Shown: positions 7,347 through 7,774 of the stretch, piece after piece | Layout of the letters: each line of letters opens with the position of its first letter | How positions within the stretch are numbered: the first letter of the stretch is position 1 | Assembly (NCBI GenBank): GCA_051294375.1 | Contig: JBJCIZ010001405.1 | Span: 1-7,774 of the forward strand | DNA: 7,774 nt | Direction of reading: 5' to 3' | From: Paraspadella gotoi | Taxonomy: Eukaryota > Animalia > Chaetognatha | The notes under the pieces: generated by a model | What the model was told of the DNA's origin: nothing | Database searches by the model: none | Seen by the model: only the letters and a program-made list of their open reading frames with translations | Program-made: the position numbers and the translations under genes

Positions 7347-7774
7347 TGTTAGGGGGCAAAACCTGCGGGACCCCCTAACGGGCGATGGGTTGGCTGCAGA
7401 CCAAACGGGGCAGTTAAGAGCTCAGCGTGTTCGTATGCCACAAGACGCGGGCAGCAGGGGCGTCAACAGTTTCATCTAGCCCAAGTCACTACACTGTATA
7501 ATTAATCAGAGAGAACACAAGTGGATCAGTAGCCGCTAAGTAAACACGAAGAAGTACCAAACACCCTGCTATAAATATATAATCATTAACCATGATAGCT
7601 GAGGGGAAGATAGTAATGACAATTAATAATTATCAATGAGAGAAGAAAATAATCAATGAATCTTTAATTAAATACAACAATCAATGAATGAATTAATCCA
7701 CAAATGTTTATACGGATTTCCACAGTTCCAATCGAGATTCCACAAGAGTTTGGTTTCCTGAATACTTTCTCTAT
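7347..7774. mobile_element. Possible terminus of an LTR or other repeat element, running off the window
   Basis: Abrupt switch from AT-rich to GC-rich at TGTTAGGGGG (reads ...CCCCCTAACA on the minus strand), a terminal 9-bp hairpin, and TATA-like motifs at about 7570 (+) and 7707 (-). No second end is visible. Confidence 0.25.

Noticed and set aside
7345-7470. HDV-like or hammerhead ribozyme in the GC-rich block
   Set aside because: I could not build the nested pseudoknot or find CTGANGA/GAAA cores with matching stems on either strand.
7630-7745. Short repeats AATCAATGAAT and TCCACA
   Set aside because: Short, irregularly spaced and in low-complexity AT-rich sequence.

Overview
Eukaryotic (probably compact invertebrate animal) genomic DNA, AT-rich in introns and intergenic DNA and GC/CpG-rich in exons. 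The raw ORF track is mostly misleading. Two spliced + strand genes are readable. (1) The 3' three exons (<1-110, 572-815, 1783-~1898) of a gene whose C-terminus weakly recalls BTBD17/Tango10-like BTB-BACK proteins. (2) A complete four-exon calcineurin B homologous protein (CHP1-like) EF-hand gene at 2472-4221. Both carry many single-base indels, mostly insertions, yet retain conserved residues and splice sites, which best fits uncorrected long-read error rather than pseudogenisation. CHP intron 3 holds a tRNA-Gly(CCC)-like head, and its downstream ~80-bp segment recurs in intron 2, suggesting a tRNA-derived SINE. Other signals: degenerate TTAGGG repeats, G-rich tracts, a (CT)n acceptor tract, hairpins and paired CGCCATTTT motifs 3' of CHP, an 11-bp minisatellite, a possible indel-obscured minus-strand gene (5170-6640) and a possible LTR-like terminus near 7347. 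I found no convincing new biological system; the best candidates are the putative SINE and the indel pattern.
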